A DNA stretch of 64,000 nt from Leptonemataceae bacterium (GTDB lineage: Bacteria; Spirochaetota; Leptospiria; Leptospirales; Leptonemataceae). The notes under the pieces are model-generated. The model was not told where the DNA came from. It did no database searches and worked only from the letters and a program-made list of their open reading frames with translations. Positions 50,595 through 61,297 of this stretch are shown one piece after another. The stretch covers positions 2,336,001 through 2,400,000 of the forward strand of contig OZ245742.1 in the NCBI GenBank assembly GCA_965227295.1, read 5' to 3'. Position 1 is the stretch's first letter. Every line of letters begins with the position of its first letter. The position numbers and the translations under genes are program-made.

Positions 50595-52036
50595 ACCAGG
50601 GCCTCCGTGGGCTTCCAGGGCTGGAACGCGTTCGCCGGGGCGTTGCATACGGGGCACCGATAGTCCTCGCCCAGTTCTCCGAACGCGATGCCGGGCGCCA
50701 CGTCGCTCAGGTCGTCACCGTAACGCGGGTCGTAGACGTTCCAGCAGCGCACGCACTGGAACGCGCCCGCGTCGGGTAAATTCGCCGGCGCCCGGTTCCC
50801 TTGCGAAGCACCGCGTTCTTCGACGACGGCCGGCGGTTCGAGCGAAAAGTGATTGCGATAGCGCTCGCACAATCTTGCAAAACGGCGGCCCAGTTCCCGC
50901 ACACCGCAGTGCGCGGCCTCCGCAATCCAGCCGCTGCCCGGGTGAAAATCGCGCCGCTGATAGAGCGAATAGCGAGGGCGTCCGAAGAGCCCGCTCCGGT
51001 GCACGACGACGGCCACGATGGTGTCGGCCGCATCCAGAGAGGTGCAGATGGAAAACGAGAGGCCCTCCACGGCGGCGTCTTGCTGCCGCAGCAACCGCAG
51101 CAGGCGGCGGCGTAGCGTTTCGAAACGCCGCACGTTGTCTAATGTGTACTGATCTTCGATTAAGCGCCATACCAGGGAAGCCGAGTTGTGGCGCAGATTC
51201 ACACCGTGCCGGGCGACGAAGCGCCGCCACTCCGGCAGGTTCTCCGGAGAAATTCCCTTAAGCATGAGAGCGTGACAGGCCGTGAAATAGATGCGCCCCA
51301 GGTTATGCTTGCGCGCCAGATACGCGAGTTCATCGAGAAACAGCACCGGATAACGCAGGGATTCCCGGGCAATGCCCAGACGAAAACGCCCGCCGTTCAT
51401 CTCGTGAAAGCCTTCGAACTTTCCGGGCTCGGCCGTGAACGCTTCGGCGGACGGCGCCTCGGAGAGCGGGAGCAGGGAATCGCTGTGCTCGGTGGCGATC
51501 GTTTCCACGCTACGGCCGGCCGCCACCTCCGCGAGTAAGAACGAGGGCACGAGAAACGGAGCCGGCGTGTGCGCGTCCCAATGCAAGAACCAATGATGGC
51601 GGATGGGCGAAGCCGTAAAGTTCACATCCTGTACACTTAGCGGCAGGAGCGTGCCGGGCGAGTCGAGCAGGCGCACCCGGCGCTCCGCCCGGCGCAGGGC
51701 GAAGGCGTCGAAGATATCGAAGAACACGCTCTCACTCAGCCAGGGCGCGGTATCGAGCACACCCACCGCGGCGACGGACGACATGAGGTTCGGCGCACCC
51801 ATTACTCGCGAAAGCTCGCGTCCCACCGGGGTTTCCACGAAGCTGCGCGCGCGCACGGCATCGGGAAAGTCGATCCACAAACTCTGTCGCGCACCGATGC
51901 GCAGTTCTTCCACGCCGCACTGATGGGCGGAGCGCGCAATCTCTCCCAGCATTCCCGGCGCAATCACGCCGCCCGGACAGGGGATTTCGAGGGAACGTTG
52001 TTTGCCGCGAAACAACTTGCGAAAACGAAGACTCAT
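50591..52036 (-). CDS. Nitrite/sulfite-reductase-like half domains fused to a C-terminal rubredoxin
   Basis: PGGVIAPG..L..I..A..G...IGARQ at the N-terminus; CVRC..YDP..GD...F...CPVC at the C-terminus. Confidence 0.8.
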   Translation of the reverse strand: MSLRFRKLFRGKQRSLEIPCPGGVIAPGMLGEIARSAHQCGVEELRIGARQSLWIDFPDAVRARSFVETPVGRELSRVMGAPNLMSSVAAVGVLDTAPWLSESVFFDIFDAFALRRAERRVRLLDSPGTLLPLSVQDVNFTASPIRHHWFLHWDAHTPAPFLVPSFLLAEVAAGRSVETIATEHSDSLLPLSEAPSAEAFTAEPGKFEGFHEMNGGRFRLGIARESLRYPVLFLDELAYLARKHNLGRIYFTACHALMLKGISPENLPEWRRFVARHGVNLRHNSASLVWRLIEDQYTLDNVRRFETLRRRLLRLLRQQDAAVEGLSFSICTSLDAADTIVAVVVHRSGLFGRPRYSLYQRRDFHPGSGWIAEAAHCGVRELGRRFARLCERYRNHFSLEPPAVVEERGASQGNRAPANLPDAGAFQCVRCWNVYDPRYGDDLSDVAPGIAFGELGEDYRCPVCNAPANAFQPWKPTEALV

Positions 52037-55000
52037 CGATGCACCGCCTCCGCCGAAATTTCACGCGCTGCCTGCGCTTCGAATTGCTGCAGCAGGCGAC
52101 GCACCTCGGGTTTGCAGCTCCCGCAACCGGTACCGGCGCCGGTTTTGCGCACCACCGCTTCGAAGTCGATGCCGCCGTCCGCGGAACGCGCCTCGGCCGC
52201 CGCCGCGGCGATATTGCCGGTGCCGACCTGATTGCACGAGCACACCAGTTCGCCCGCGACGGCCGGTGCCGTACTGCCGCCGTGCAACAAGCGCCCGCGC
52301 TGATCCCCCAACTCCACGCCGCTTTCAAGAAGATCGCGCAGGCGCGCCAGGTCCGCCGTATCGCCGGCCAAAATCGCGCCGACCAGGCGCTCGTTACGAA
52401 CGATGCACTTTTTGTAAATGCCGCTCGCCGGATCACTGAGTACGACACAATCATCGCCGTCCTGCGCGACGACCGTACCCATGCTCACCAGGGGAAAACC
52501 TTCGAGCTTAAGTACGTTTAAATCAATGCTACCGTCGTAAAACTCGGCGGGGTCACCGGCGAGCACGCCCGCCAGGACGCGCGCCTGGTCCGAGGCGGCC
52601 AGCGTGGTACCGAACGTCTGGTGCCGAAACTCCACACACTCACCGATGGCATACACATCCGGCACGCTCGTGCGCAGATACTCGTCGACGACGATGCCGA
52701 AGTTCGTTCGCAGCCCGCACGCCGTCGCGAGATCGATGCGCGGCTCCGTGCCGAGCGCGCAGATCACCGAAGAACACGACACGCGTTTGCCGCTCGAAAG
52801 ATAAGCCGTGAACGCATTGCCGGCCGGAAACACGCCGATGACCTCATCGTTCAAAAACAGTTCGATGCCGCGCTCATTCACGGCCCGGCCGAGCAAATCA
52901 CCGGCGCTGGCATCCAACTGGCGGCTCATCAAGCGCGCGGAACGATGGACCAGGCTCACGCGCCGACCGGTGGCCGCGAGCGCGCCGGCCAGCTCCACGC
53001 CTAACAGACCGCCGCCGACGATTAGCGCGTCGGTGCCCGCGTTTTGTAAGATGCGATCCGCGTCGCGCCGATCGCGCAGGTACATCACGCCGCTGCTGTT
53101 CAAACGCGCGTGGCGCCGCGGGCGACTGCCCGTGGCGAAGACCAGCACGTCGAAGTCGTGCTCGACACCGGCCTCCGTGCGCAGCGACCGCGCGGCCAGG
53201 TCCACGGACTCCACCGCGCAGCCGGTGTGCACCTGCAACCGGGGGACGCCTTCGTCCGCAAAACGCAGACTCTCGAACGAGCGCGATCCCTGAATGTAAT
53301 CGGGCAGCAGGATGCGATTGTAGAACGGATCCGCTTCTTTCGAAAATATGTGGATCTCGTCTCGATCGTTTTCCCGGCGATGGGCCTCCACAAACGCAAA
53401 GGCCGCGGCCCCCGCGCCGATGACGGCGATCTTGCGCCGCGGCGCCTCGAACCTCGTAACTTCTACCGCGGAAAACTTAAAGTCCGGCTCTTTCGACACC
53501 GGGTCGAACAGCGGATTGGTGACGTTGTTGGCCCGGGCCTGGGTGTTTTGTAAGATCTTCCCCCAGTGCATCGGGGCGAACACCACGCCGCGCTTGATCG
53601 AATCGCGCAGCCGCACGCGCAGTTGAATTTCACCGCGCCGGCTCGTAATGCGCGCCACGTCGCCGTCACCCAGGCACCGCAACTCCGCATCGTCGGGATG
53701 CATTTCCAGGAACGGCCGCGGGATGTGCCGGCCGAGCTTGCGAACCTTGCCGCTGCGCGTCATCGTATGCCACTGATCCCGGATGCGCCCCGTGGTCAGG
53801 ACGAGCGGGAAGTCCGGGGCCGTGGGTTCCGAGGCCAGGGCGTCGTCGCAGCCGAAGAGCTTCGCGCGCTGGTTGTCCGTGAAGAAGCGCCCGTCGGCAA
53901 ACAGCCGCGGCGTCCCTCTGTGATTTTGTGATAGAACAGGCCATTGCATGCTGCCTTCGGCCCGGAGACGATCGTAGCTCAGCCCCGAGACGTCCAGGTT
54001 CGTACCGCGGGTGAGGCCGCAGTGCTCGTCGTAAATCTCCGCGGCGGAAGCGTACTCGAAGGCCCGGCCGAAACCCATGGCCCGGCCGAAGCGGGCGAGG
54101 ATCTCGGCGTCCGGCAACGCTTCCCCCGGCGCCTCCACGAACTTCGGCAGATACGCCACGCGGCGCTCCGAGTTCGTCATCGTACCTTCTTTTTCGAGCC
54201 AGCCCGCGGCCGGTAAGATCAAATCAGCGTACTCTAAGCTGTCCGAGCGCCGGGAGATGTCCTGCACAATGACGAAGCGCGCGCGCCGCATGGCCTGGGC
54301 GACCTTCGTGGAATTCGGCAGGCTCACCAGCGGGTTCGTGCAGATGATCCAGACGGCCTTGAGCGAGCCGTCGTGCAGGGCGTCGAACATCTCCACGGCG
54401 CTGAGGCCCTGCTGCGCCGGAATATTCTCCGGCGGCACGTCCCAGTACGCCGCTACTTCACGGCGATGATCGGCATTGCCGAGATCCCGGTGCGCGGCAA
54501 GCATCGAAGAGAGGCCGCCGACCTCCCGGCCGCCCATGGCGTTCGGCTGACCCGTCAGCGAAAAGGGACCGCTGCCCGGCCTGCCGATCTGCCCGGTGAT
54601 GAGGTTCAGGTTGATCAGCGCGAGGTTCTTATTGACGCCGGCCGCGCTCTGGTTGAGCCCCATGGCCCACAGCGTTAAAAAAGTCCGCGCCTCACCGATC
54701 CAGCGCGCCGCGAGCTCCAGGTCCGTAACCGCAACTCCACAAATGTTAGCGGCCTCGTCGATACTGCGCGCGAACGCCGCCGCGCACAGTTCTTCGAAGC
54801 CGTCGGTATGATTTTCAATAAAAGTGCGATCGATCCGGCCGTATTCGATCAGCAGCCGCGCAATCGCATTGTAAAGCGTAACGTCGGTGCCCGGGGCGAT
54901 CTGCAAATGCAGGTCCGCGGACTCGCAGGAGTCGGTGCGCCGCGGGTCCACGACGATGATCTTCGCCTCCGGACGCTCCGCTTTACGCGCCTCAATGCGC

Positions 55001-55554
55001 CGAAACAGAATCGGGTGACACCAGGCCGGGTTCGCTCCCGCGATCAAAAAACAGTCGCAGTGGTCGATGTCCTCGTAAGCGATCGGAACGGAATCTTCGC
55101 CGAGCGCCTGCTTGTAACCGACCACCGCGGACGACATGCACAGTCTGGAGTTAGTATCAATGTTCGCCGTGCCCAGAAAGCCTTTCGTGAGCTTGTTGGC
55201 GAGGTAGTATTCTTCCGTAAGTAACTGGCCCGAGACATAGAAACCGACGGCGTCCGGGCCGTGTTCGTCGATAATGCCGCGGAAGACCGCGGCGGCGCGA
55301 CCGATGGCCGTATCCCAGTCCACGCGTTGCAACGGAGCGTTGCGGCTCCAGCGCATCTCCGGATACAGCAAACGATCGCTTTGATCCGTCACCGTGTGAT
55401 GCAGGTTCATGCCCTTCGAACAAAGCAGGCCGCGATTCGAGGGATGCTGCTCATCCCCGCGCAGGCTCAGGCGCCCGTCCGCGGCGCGCTCCACCACCAC
55501 GCCGCAACCGACGCCGCAGTAAGAGCACGTGCTTTTGATTTGTTCGGTGGACAT
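52033..55554 (-). CDS. nasA: Assimilatory nitrate reductase (Mo-bisPGD) fused to FAD/NADH oxidoreductase and BFD-like [2Fe-2S] domains
   Basis: CSYCGVGC..CSKG, DTNSRLCMSSA, TGQPNAMGGRE, TTGRIRDQWHTMTR, then IGAGAAA, GGGLLG, CSC..GCGSC. Confidence 0.92.
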   Translation of the reverse strand: MSTEQIKSTCSYCGVGCGVVVERAADGRLSLRGDEQHPSNRGLLCSKGMNLHHTVTDQSDRLLYPEMRWSRNAPLQRVDWDTAIGRAAAVFRGIIDEHGPDAVGFYVSGQLLTEEYYLANKLTKGFLGTANIDTNSRLCMSSAVVGYKQALGEDSVPIAYEDIDHCDCFLIAGANPAWCHPILFRRIEARKAERPEAKIIVVDPRRTDSCESADLHLQIAPGTDVTLYNAIARLLIEYGRIDRTFIENHTDGFEELCAAAFARSIDEAANICGVAVTDLELAARWIGEARTFLTLWAMGLNQSAAGVNKNLALINLNLITGQIGRPGSGPFSLTGQPNAMGGREVGGLSSMLAAHRDLGNADHRREVAAYWDVPPENIPAQQGLSAVEMFDALHDGSLKAVWIICTNPLVSLPNSTKVAQAMRRARFVIVQDISRRSDSLEYADLILPAAGWLEKEGTMTNSERRVAYLPKFVEAPGEALPDAEILARFGRAMGFGRAFEYASAAEIYDEHCGLTRGTNLDVSGLSYDRLRAEGSMQWPVLSQNHRGTPRLFADGRFFTDNQRAKLFGCDDALASEPTAPDFPLVLTTGRIRDQWHTMTRSGKVRKLGRHIPRPFLEMHPDDAELRCLGDGDVARITSRRGEIQLRVRLRDSIKRGVVFAPMHWGKILQNTQARANNVTNPLFDPVSKEPDFKFSAVEVTRFEAPRRKIAVIGAGAAAFAFVEAHRRENDRDEIHIFSKEADPFYNRILLPDYIQGSRSFESLRFADEGVPRLQVHTGCAVESVDLAARSLRTEAGVEHDFDVLVFATGSRPRRHARLNSSGVMYLRDRRDADRILQNAGTDALIVGGGLLGVELAGALAATGRRVSLVHRSARLMSRQLDASAGDLLGRAVNERGIELFLNDEVIGVFPAGNAFTAYLSSGKRVSCSSVICALGTEPRIDLATACGLRTNFGIVVDEYLRTSVPDVYAIGECVEFRHQTFGTTLAASDQARVLAGVLAGDPAEFYDGSIDLNVLKLEGFPLVSMGTVVAQDGDDCVVLSDPASGIYKKCIVRNERLVGAILAGDTADLARLRDLLESGVELGDQRGRLLHGGSTAPAVAGELVCSCNQVGTGNIAAAAAEARSADGGIDFEAVVRKTGAGTGCGSCKPEVRRLLQQFEAQAAREISAEAVHR

Positions 55555-55581
55555 GATTGCTTCCAGGATCGGGCGGCGGAC

Positions 55582-56922
55582 TCAGGCCGCGTGCGAGGCG
55601 GCCTCCGGCATGAGTTCGTCCAATTCGTCCTGAACGGCATTTTCTTCGGCCTGGGAGAAACGCACGACCAGGGACAGGCCCGCCGCGACTAAGACGACGA
55701 TACCGATCACTAACAACGCTTCCTGGTAACTTAGCGATCCACGAAAGAGGAAGCCGGCCGCCACGGCGCCCGCGTTGCCGCCGGCGCCGACGATGCCGGA
55801 AACGGCGCCCACGGCTTTGCGGTTCACGAACGGCACCACTGAAAACGTCGCGCCCTCGGACATCTGCACGAAGAGGCTGAAGAGCACCATGGTGCCCACG
55901 GCCAGGTACAGGACGTTCATCTGCGAAAAGAGGATGAGCAGCAGGCCTTCGCCGCACAGGACAATGGCCAGCCAGCGCACACGACCCTTGAGACCGCCGG
56001 CGTTGCCGAAGCGGTCACCGAAGAAACCGCCCAGGGTCCGGGCGAAGATGTTCATGAGACCGAAGAGGCCGGCAATGAAACCCGCCGTCGCCGGCTCTAA
56101 CTGAAACTCGTCTACATAGTAGAGGGCCGCAATGTTGTTGATCGTCAGTTCTACGCCGAAGCACGCGCCGTAGATCACGAAGAGGGCCCACACCCGCGGA
56201 TCGGCGGCGACAGCCATGAAGTTCTTAAGCGAGTTTTTTGAAGCGCCCTGAAACTTCGGGTGCGACTCGCGGATATCCTTAAAGTTGCCCCCGGGGGTAT
56301 CCTGCGTGCCGAAGTAGTAGATCAAGCCCATCAGCAACAGGGCGATGCCGGGCACGATCATCGCGTACCGCCAGCTCAGCGCCGCCGTAAAACCGAACGC
56401 CGCGAAGAAACCGAAAATAGACGGCATCACCATCTGGGTGACGCCGCCGCCCATGTTTCCCCAGCCGGCCGTGGTGGCGTTCGCGGTGCCGACGACGTTC
56501 GGCGCGAACATCACCGAGGTATGGTACTGAGTAATGACAAACGAAGCGCCGATGACGCCGATCGCCAGGCGAAACAGCAGAAAGCTCAAATAGCTGTCCG
56601 CCAGGCCGATGCCCATCACCGGCAGCGAACCGAACAACAGCACCCCGCTGTAGGTCAGTCGCGGGCCGATCTTGTCGCACAGCCAGCCGACGAACAGGCG
56701 GGCAAACACCGTGATGGCGACCGAGGCGATGATGATGTTGCCGACCTGGGCCTTCGAGAGGCCGAGCTCGTCCCGCACGTAGACCATGAGCGGGGCGATG
56801 CCGAACCAGCCGAAGAAACACAGAAAGAATGCGATCCAGGTGAGGTGAAACGTCCGCATCTGCGGGGTGGCGAGGCTGAATAAATGAATGCGTGTGGCTT
56901 TCGAGCCGGGTTGCGTGGTCAT
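55582..56922 (-). CDS. narK: Nitrate/nitrite MFS transporter (NarK/NRT2)
   Basis: NNP signature AGWGNMGGG and GAGGNAG; 12 TM; AAGGAG RBS. Confidence 0.93.
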   Translation of the reverse strand: MTTQPGSKATRIHLFSLATPQMRTFHLTWIAFFLCFFGWFGIAPLMVYVRDELGLSKAQVGNIIIASVAITVFARLFVGWLCDKIGPRLTYSGVLLFGSLPVMGIGLADSYLSFLLFRLAIGVIGASFVITQYHTSVMFAPNVVGTANATTAGWGNMGGGVTQMVMPSIFGFFAAFGFTAALSWRYAMIVPGIALLLMGLIYYFGTQDTPGGNFKDIRESHPKFQGASKNSLKNFMAVAADPRVWALFVIYGACFGVELTINNIAALYYVDEFQLEPATAGFIAGLFGLMNIFARTLGGFFGDRFGNAGGLKGRVRWLAIVLCGEGLLLILFSQMNVLYLAVGTMVLFSLFVQMSEGATFSVVPFVNRKAVGAVSGIVGAGGNAGAVAAGFLFRGSLSYQEALLVIGIVVLVAAGLSLVVRFSQAEENAVQDELDELMPEAASHAA

Positions 56923-56949
56923 TGCAAATCTCCTTTTCGAGACCTACAG

Positions 56950-56965
56950 TGCAACCGCCGTGCCA
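56950..56965 (-). promoter_or_regulatory. Sigma54 (-24/-12) promoter of the nitrate assimilation operon
   Basis: Minus strand reads TGGCACGGCGGTTGCA, an exact TGGCAC-N5-TTGCA match, 27 nt upstream of the narK ATG. Confidence 0.8.
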
Positions 56966-57387
56966 CTGAGCACATGCCTTGAAATTCAGCAGTACGACCA
57001 CTCCAGGGGCATGCGGTCCGGAGGACCCTCCGATGCCAGCTTTCAAATGCTGAAAATCATTTTTTGATATGTATATGCTTGCACCGTACGCAGAATCAAC
57101 AAAAATTGTGCGCGATATTGCAGCACTTTGCCGTTAGATTGTTTTGCCCGGCACCAGGGGCCGATTTTCTTGTCCGCTCCGGGATCGAAAAAAATAATTT
57201 TTTCGAAATTCAAGAGAATCCTGGCATAAAAGCGCAAAAAGTACGCGCTTTCCCGGATTTCCGCCCGGCCCGCGCGTGTGCTACGGGCGACCTTCGGCGG
57301 CGCGCGGGTGCGGAAAGTTGCCTGGATTCGCCCGCGCCACGGCGACCTGTTAGAAATTGTTGGAATCTTTCAGTATGTGTCCGTGAT

Positions 57388-58320
57388 TCAGCGTCTGCCG
57401 GAGTCCGCCGGAAGATTCGCATGAATCTGCTGATTCAACGCCGCAAAAGAATCCCCGGCGAAGTAGGAACTCCGCACCAGCGGCCCGGCTTCCACGTGCA
57501 GGAAACCCTGATCGAGGGCATACTCTTTCAATTCCTGAAAGACCTCCACGGGGATGTAGGCCTTGAGCGGGGCGTGCTTCGCAGACGGCTGGAGATACTG
57601 GCCGATCGTGAGCATGTGACAGCCGTTCGCCGCCAGATCGCGGATGACCGCGCGGACCTCTTCAAGCTCCTCGCCCAGGCCCAGGATCAGGCCGCTCTTC
57701 GTAAGAAAGCCGGCCTGAGCCGAGGTGCGCAGCACGTCCAGGGAGACCTGGTAGTTCGACTGCGGGCAAATGCTTCGAAACAGAGACGGCACCGTCTCGA
57801 CGTTGTGATTGATGATGTCCGGTTTCTCGGCGCGGATGCGCGCGAGATTCTCTTCGCGACCCTTGAAATCCGGGATGAGCACTTCGATCGTGGTCTGCGG
57901 ATTCACCGCGCGCACCCGTTCGATGACCCGCGCAAAGTGCGTGGACCCGCAGTCTTTCAGATCGTCGCGGTCCACGCTGGTGATGACGGCGTGCTTCAGA
58001 CCCAGCTCGCGGATGGTCTCCGCGATGCGCTGCGGTTCCCGGGGATCGAGCAGGCTCGGGCGCGCGGTGTGTACGTCGCAGAAGCCGCAACTGCGCGTGC
58101 AGTTCTTGCCCATGATCATGAACGTGGCGCTACCCTGGGACCAACAGTGACCCAGGTTCGGACAGGACGCTTCTTCGCACACGGTGTTCAGCCGGGCGCC
58201 GTGGACTGTCTCCCGCACGCGATCCGCCGTCTCGGGCCGGCCCTCGGTCATGCGCAGTCGCACCTTCATCCATTCGGGCGGCGGGGGAGGCGTGGTCTCG
58301 GGGTACTTGATGCTCACCAT
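57388..58320 (-). CDS. lipA: Lipoyl synthase
   Basis: CEEASCPNLGHCW, CTRSCGFC, GQYLQP, PLVRSSY. Confidence 0.97.
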   Translation of the reverse strand: MVSIKYPETTPPPPPEWMKVRLRMTEGRPETADRVRETVHGARLNTVCEEASCPNLGHCWSQGSATFMIMGKNCTRSCGFCDVHTARPSLLDPREPQRIAETIRELGLKHAVITSVDRDDLKDCGSTHFARVIERVRAVNPQTTIEVLIPDFKGREENLARIRAEKPDIINHNVETVPSLFRSICPQSNYQVSLDVLRTSAQAGFLTKSGLILGLGEELEEVRAVIRDLAANGCHMLTIGQYLQPSAKHAPLKAYIPVEVFQELKEYALDQGFLHVEAGPLVRSSYFAGDSFAALNQQIHANLPADSGRR

Positions 58321-58444
58321 CGAAACGTACTGCGATCCACCCCGGCACTCAAGCCTTTTTCTTGCTTTTCAATCGCGACGAAGGTTTCATATTTGCCGTC
58401 CTGTCTCAGGACGTCGGTCGTCGCGCTTTACATCAGGGGGAATT

Positions 58445-59884
58445 ATGTCGGGACCGGAAAAGCTGCCGTTCAGCAAACAAGTCGCATACGCGGTGGGCCA
58501 GTTCGGCTGGTCCACGCTCATGAATCTCGTCAACCTGACGCTCGTTTACTTTTACATTCCGCCGGACACCGCCTGCCTGCCGTTCTTTGTAACGCAGGAA
58601 CAGTTCTTCGTAGTTCTGAACATCATCACGCTGATCCTGGCCAGCGGCCGGCTCTTCGATGCCGTCACCGATCCGCTCATCGCCGGTTTCAGCGATCATT
58701 CCAAACACCGCAAGGGCCGACGCATCCCGTTCATGTTCTGGAGCACGGTACCGGCGGCGTTGTTCTGCGCGCTGTTGTTCTTTCCGCCCACGGCGAGCGA
58801 GTCGGTCACTAACATCTTCTGGCTGGTTGTTATCCAGTTCCTGTTCTTTTTGTTCATCACCGTCTACGTTACGCCGTACTTCGCGCTCATCGCCGAGCTG
58901 GGTCAGACCCCCAAAGAGCGTCTTAATCTTTCCACGTACATCTCGATCACCTACGCCCTGGGCATCGTTCTGGCCGCCCAGACGCCGCAGATCGGCAACG
59001 CCCTGAGCGCCGGCATGGAGCTGGACAAAGTCACCGGCCTGCAATTCGCCGTGGCCCTGGTCTGTGTCATCGCGGTGATCATGATGATCGTGCCCACGTT
59101 GTTCATCGACGAGCGGCGCTACTGCCGACCGGTGGAATCCAACGTGCCGATCATGGAGTCGCTGAAGACGTGCCTTAAGAATCCGAACTTTGTACCGTAC
59201 GTCGTCGCCGACCTCGCGTACTTCATGGGCCTCACGGTCATCATGACCGGTATGCGCTATTACATCGAGGTGTTGCTCGGAATCGGTGTCCTGCCCGCGG
59301 AGGGCGCCACGGCCGGGTCCGACGGCTGCGCCCAGGAGGCCGGCGCGGCGGAGCAACTGCTCGGCGGCGTAATGACGGCCATCGTGGTGGTCTCGTTCTT
59401 GTTTTATCCGGTGGTGAATTTGCTCGCAACGCGCATTGGAAAGAAGCCGCTGGTATTGTTCGCCTTTCTATGGTTCGGCGGGGTCTTCTTTCTCGTGTAT
59501 TTCCTGGGGCAGTTGCCGCTGGCGAAGGAACTTCAGATCTACGTCGTCGCCATGCTCGCTTCGATTCCCATGGCCTTTCTCGGTGTGCTGCCCAACGCGA
59601 TCCTCGCGGACATCGCGGAGCACGACGCGCTCAAAACCGGCGTGCGTCAGGAGGGCATGTACTTCGGCGCCCGGACGTTATTGCAAAAAGTCGGCGTCAC
59701 CGGCGGCGTGGTGGTCTTCGCGGGGCTCACGAACTTCGGCAAGGACATCGGCGACGACCTGGGCATTCGCCTTTCGGGCATGGCCGGGATGGCGCTCTGT
59801 GTTCTGGCATTCATGGCGTTCTCGCGTTATCGTGAACGGGAAGTTCTGGCCGAGATCAAACAAATGGAAGAGAAGGCCGAATGA
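58445..59884 (+). CDS. GPH-family (MelB-like) MFS transporter
   Basis: GRLFDAVTDPLIAGFSD, GRRIPF, TGVRQEGMYFG. Start placed at ATG 58445. Confidence 0.88.
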   Translation: MSGPEKLPFSKQVAYAVGQFGWSTLMNLVNLTLVYFYIPPDTACLPFFVTQEQFFVVLNIITLILASGRLFDAVTDPLIAGFSDHSKHRKGRRIPFMFWSTVPAALFCALLFFPPTASESVTNIFWLVVIQFLFFLFITVYVTPYFALIAELGQTPKERLNLSTYISITYALGIVLAAQTPQIGNALSAGMELDKVTGLQFAVALVCVIAVIMMIVPTLFIDERRYCRPVESNVPIMESLKTCLKNPNFVPYVVADLAYFMGLTVIMTGMRYYIEVLLGIGVLPAEGATAGSDGCAQEAGAAEQLLGGVMTAIVVVSFLFYPVVNLLATRIGKKPLVLFAFLWFGGVFFLVYFLGQLPLAKELQIYVVAMLASIPMAFLGVLPNAILADIAEHDALKTGVRQEGMYFGARTLLQKVGVTGGVVVFAGLTNFGKDIGDDLGIRLSGMAGMALCVLAFMAFSRYREREVLAEIKQMEEKAE

Positions 59885-60372
59885 AACTCGCCATCTATCC
59901 CGGTTCCTTCGATCCCATCACCAACGGCCATCTCGACATCATCGAGCGGGCCGCGCGCATCTTCGATCGCCTGGTCGTCGCCGTGGCCTTCAACTCCGCG
60001 AAGCAGGGCCTGTTCTCCATCGAAGAGCGAGTGGACTTCATTCGGGAGACGGTCAAGGACATGCCCGGCGTGGAAGTGGCGACGTTCTCCGGACTGCTGA
60101 TCGACTACGCCCAGGAACGCGGCGCCGCGGCCATCATTCGCGGACTGCGGGCCGTCACGGACTTCGACTACGAGTACGCCATGCATCAAATGAACCAGGA
60201 AATGTCGCCGGACATTGAGACGCTGTTCCTCGTAGCCTCGAAGGAGTTCTCGTATCTTTCCAGCACCATCATCAAGGAATTCGCGCGCTACGGTCGCCCC
60301 GTGGCGAACTTCGCGCCGCGCGTCGTGAGCGAGGCCCTGCTGCTGCGCTTCGGACACAAGGACGGCGATTAA
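59881..60372 (+). CDS. coaD: Phosphopantetheine adenylyltransferase
   Basis: AIYPGSFDPITNGHLDII, IRGLRAVTDFDYE, LSSTIIKE. Confidence 0.97.
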   Translation: MKLAIYPGSFDPITNGHLDIIERAARIFDRLVVAVAFNSAKQGLFSIEERVDFIRETVKDMPGVEVATFSGLLIDYAQERGAAAIIRGLRAVTDFDYEYAMHQMNQEMSPDIETLFLVASKEFSYLSSTIIKEFARYGRPVANFAPRVVSEALLLRFGHKDGD

Positions 60373-60417
60373 GTTTTGCTGATGTGATCTTACGCAGCCG
60401 CACAACGCCCCATACGA

Positions 60418-61257
60418 ATGAAAGCGAGTTCCAGCACGACATACTTCGACACGAACTTCGAGATCCCGGCCCCGGAGTACATCCTCTTTCGGTACAGCCT
60501 GGCCGGTCCGTGCACCCGGCTCTTCGCGGTGCTGCTGGATCACGCGATTCTCTTCGGATTGCTCCTGGTTTCGTTTTTGATTTTGCAGATATTGTTCGGC
60601 ATCAGTCTGTTCTCCGGTCTCGAAGCGGCGGCCGGGCTCTTTCAGTTTCTCACGTTCATGGCGCTCTTCTTCTTGAACTGGTTTTACTTTCTGTCCTTCG
60701 AGTGGGCCAACCGCGGACGCACCCCGGGTAAGATGGCCCTGGGAATCCGCGTCGTCTCGGTGGACGGTACGTCCCTCGACCCCGTGCAGGTCATGATTCG
60801 CAACCTGGTGCGCGTGGCGGACATGTTCCCCATGACGATTACGCTCTTTCCTTCGTACGTCGCCGGCGGCCTGTCTGCCTTTCTGAGCGGCTCGTCGTTC
60901 CAGCGCCTGGGCGATCTCGCCGCGGGCACCATCGTAGTACGCGAACAACGTCCGGTGATGGACGACATTCCCGTGGAAGACGTTCCGAAGATTCGCCGCA
61001 TCGTGAGCGAACTGCACATGCGCGTGTTTCCCTCGGCGTCGTTGACCCAGGGACTCAACGACTTCGTGGCCCGGCGTGCGAAGTTGAACCCGGCCCGGGC
61101 CCAGGAGATCGCGGAGCAGGTCGAGCCCCAGGTGCGGCGTTTCTTCGGCGCCGGGGAAATCGATTGCAACGCCGTGGAGCTGCTGCTCGCGGCCCATCAC
61201 TATCTCTACAGCATGTCCCGCGAAGAATTTACCGGCTTTGCCCTGGGGCGACGCTGA
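60418..61257 (+). CDS. RDD family membrane protein
   Basis: AG..TRLFAVLLD, GRTPGKMALGIRVV, QRLGDLAAGTIVV. Confidence 0.9.
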   Translation: MKASSSTTYFDTNFEIPAPEYILFRYSLAGPCTRLFAVLLDHAILFGLLLVSFLILQILFGISLFSGLEAAAGLFQFLTFMALFFLNWFYFLSFEWANRGRTPGKMALGIRVVSVDGTSLDPVQVMIRNLVRVADMFPMTITLFPSYVAGGLSAFLSGSSFQRLGDLAAGTIVVREQRPVMDDIPVEDVPKIRRIVSELHMRVFPSASLTQGLNDFVARRAKLNPARAQEIAEQVEPQVRRFFGAGEIDCNAVELLLAAHHYLYSMSREEFTGFALGRR

Positions 61258-61297
61258 GTTTCTCCTGTAAGATTCTACCGAATAAAAGTTATTCAGC

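Noticed and set aside
57064..58812. 582-aa plus-strand ORF and similar long antisense ORFs (e.g. 6713-7816, 59827-61317, 3-557)
   Set aside because: Shadow frames of well-supported genes (lipA, purH, coaD/RDD, AlkD-like) in GC-rich DNA.
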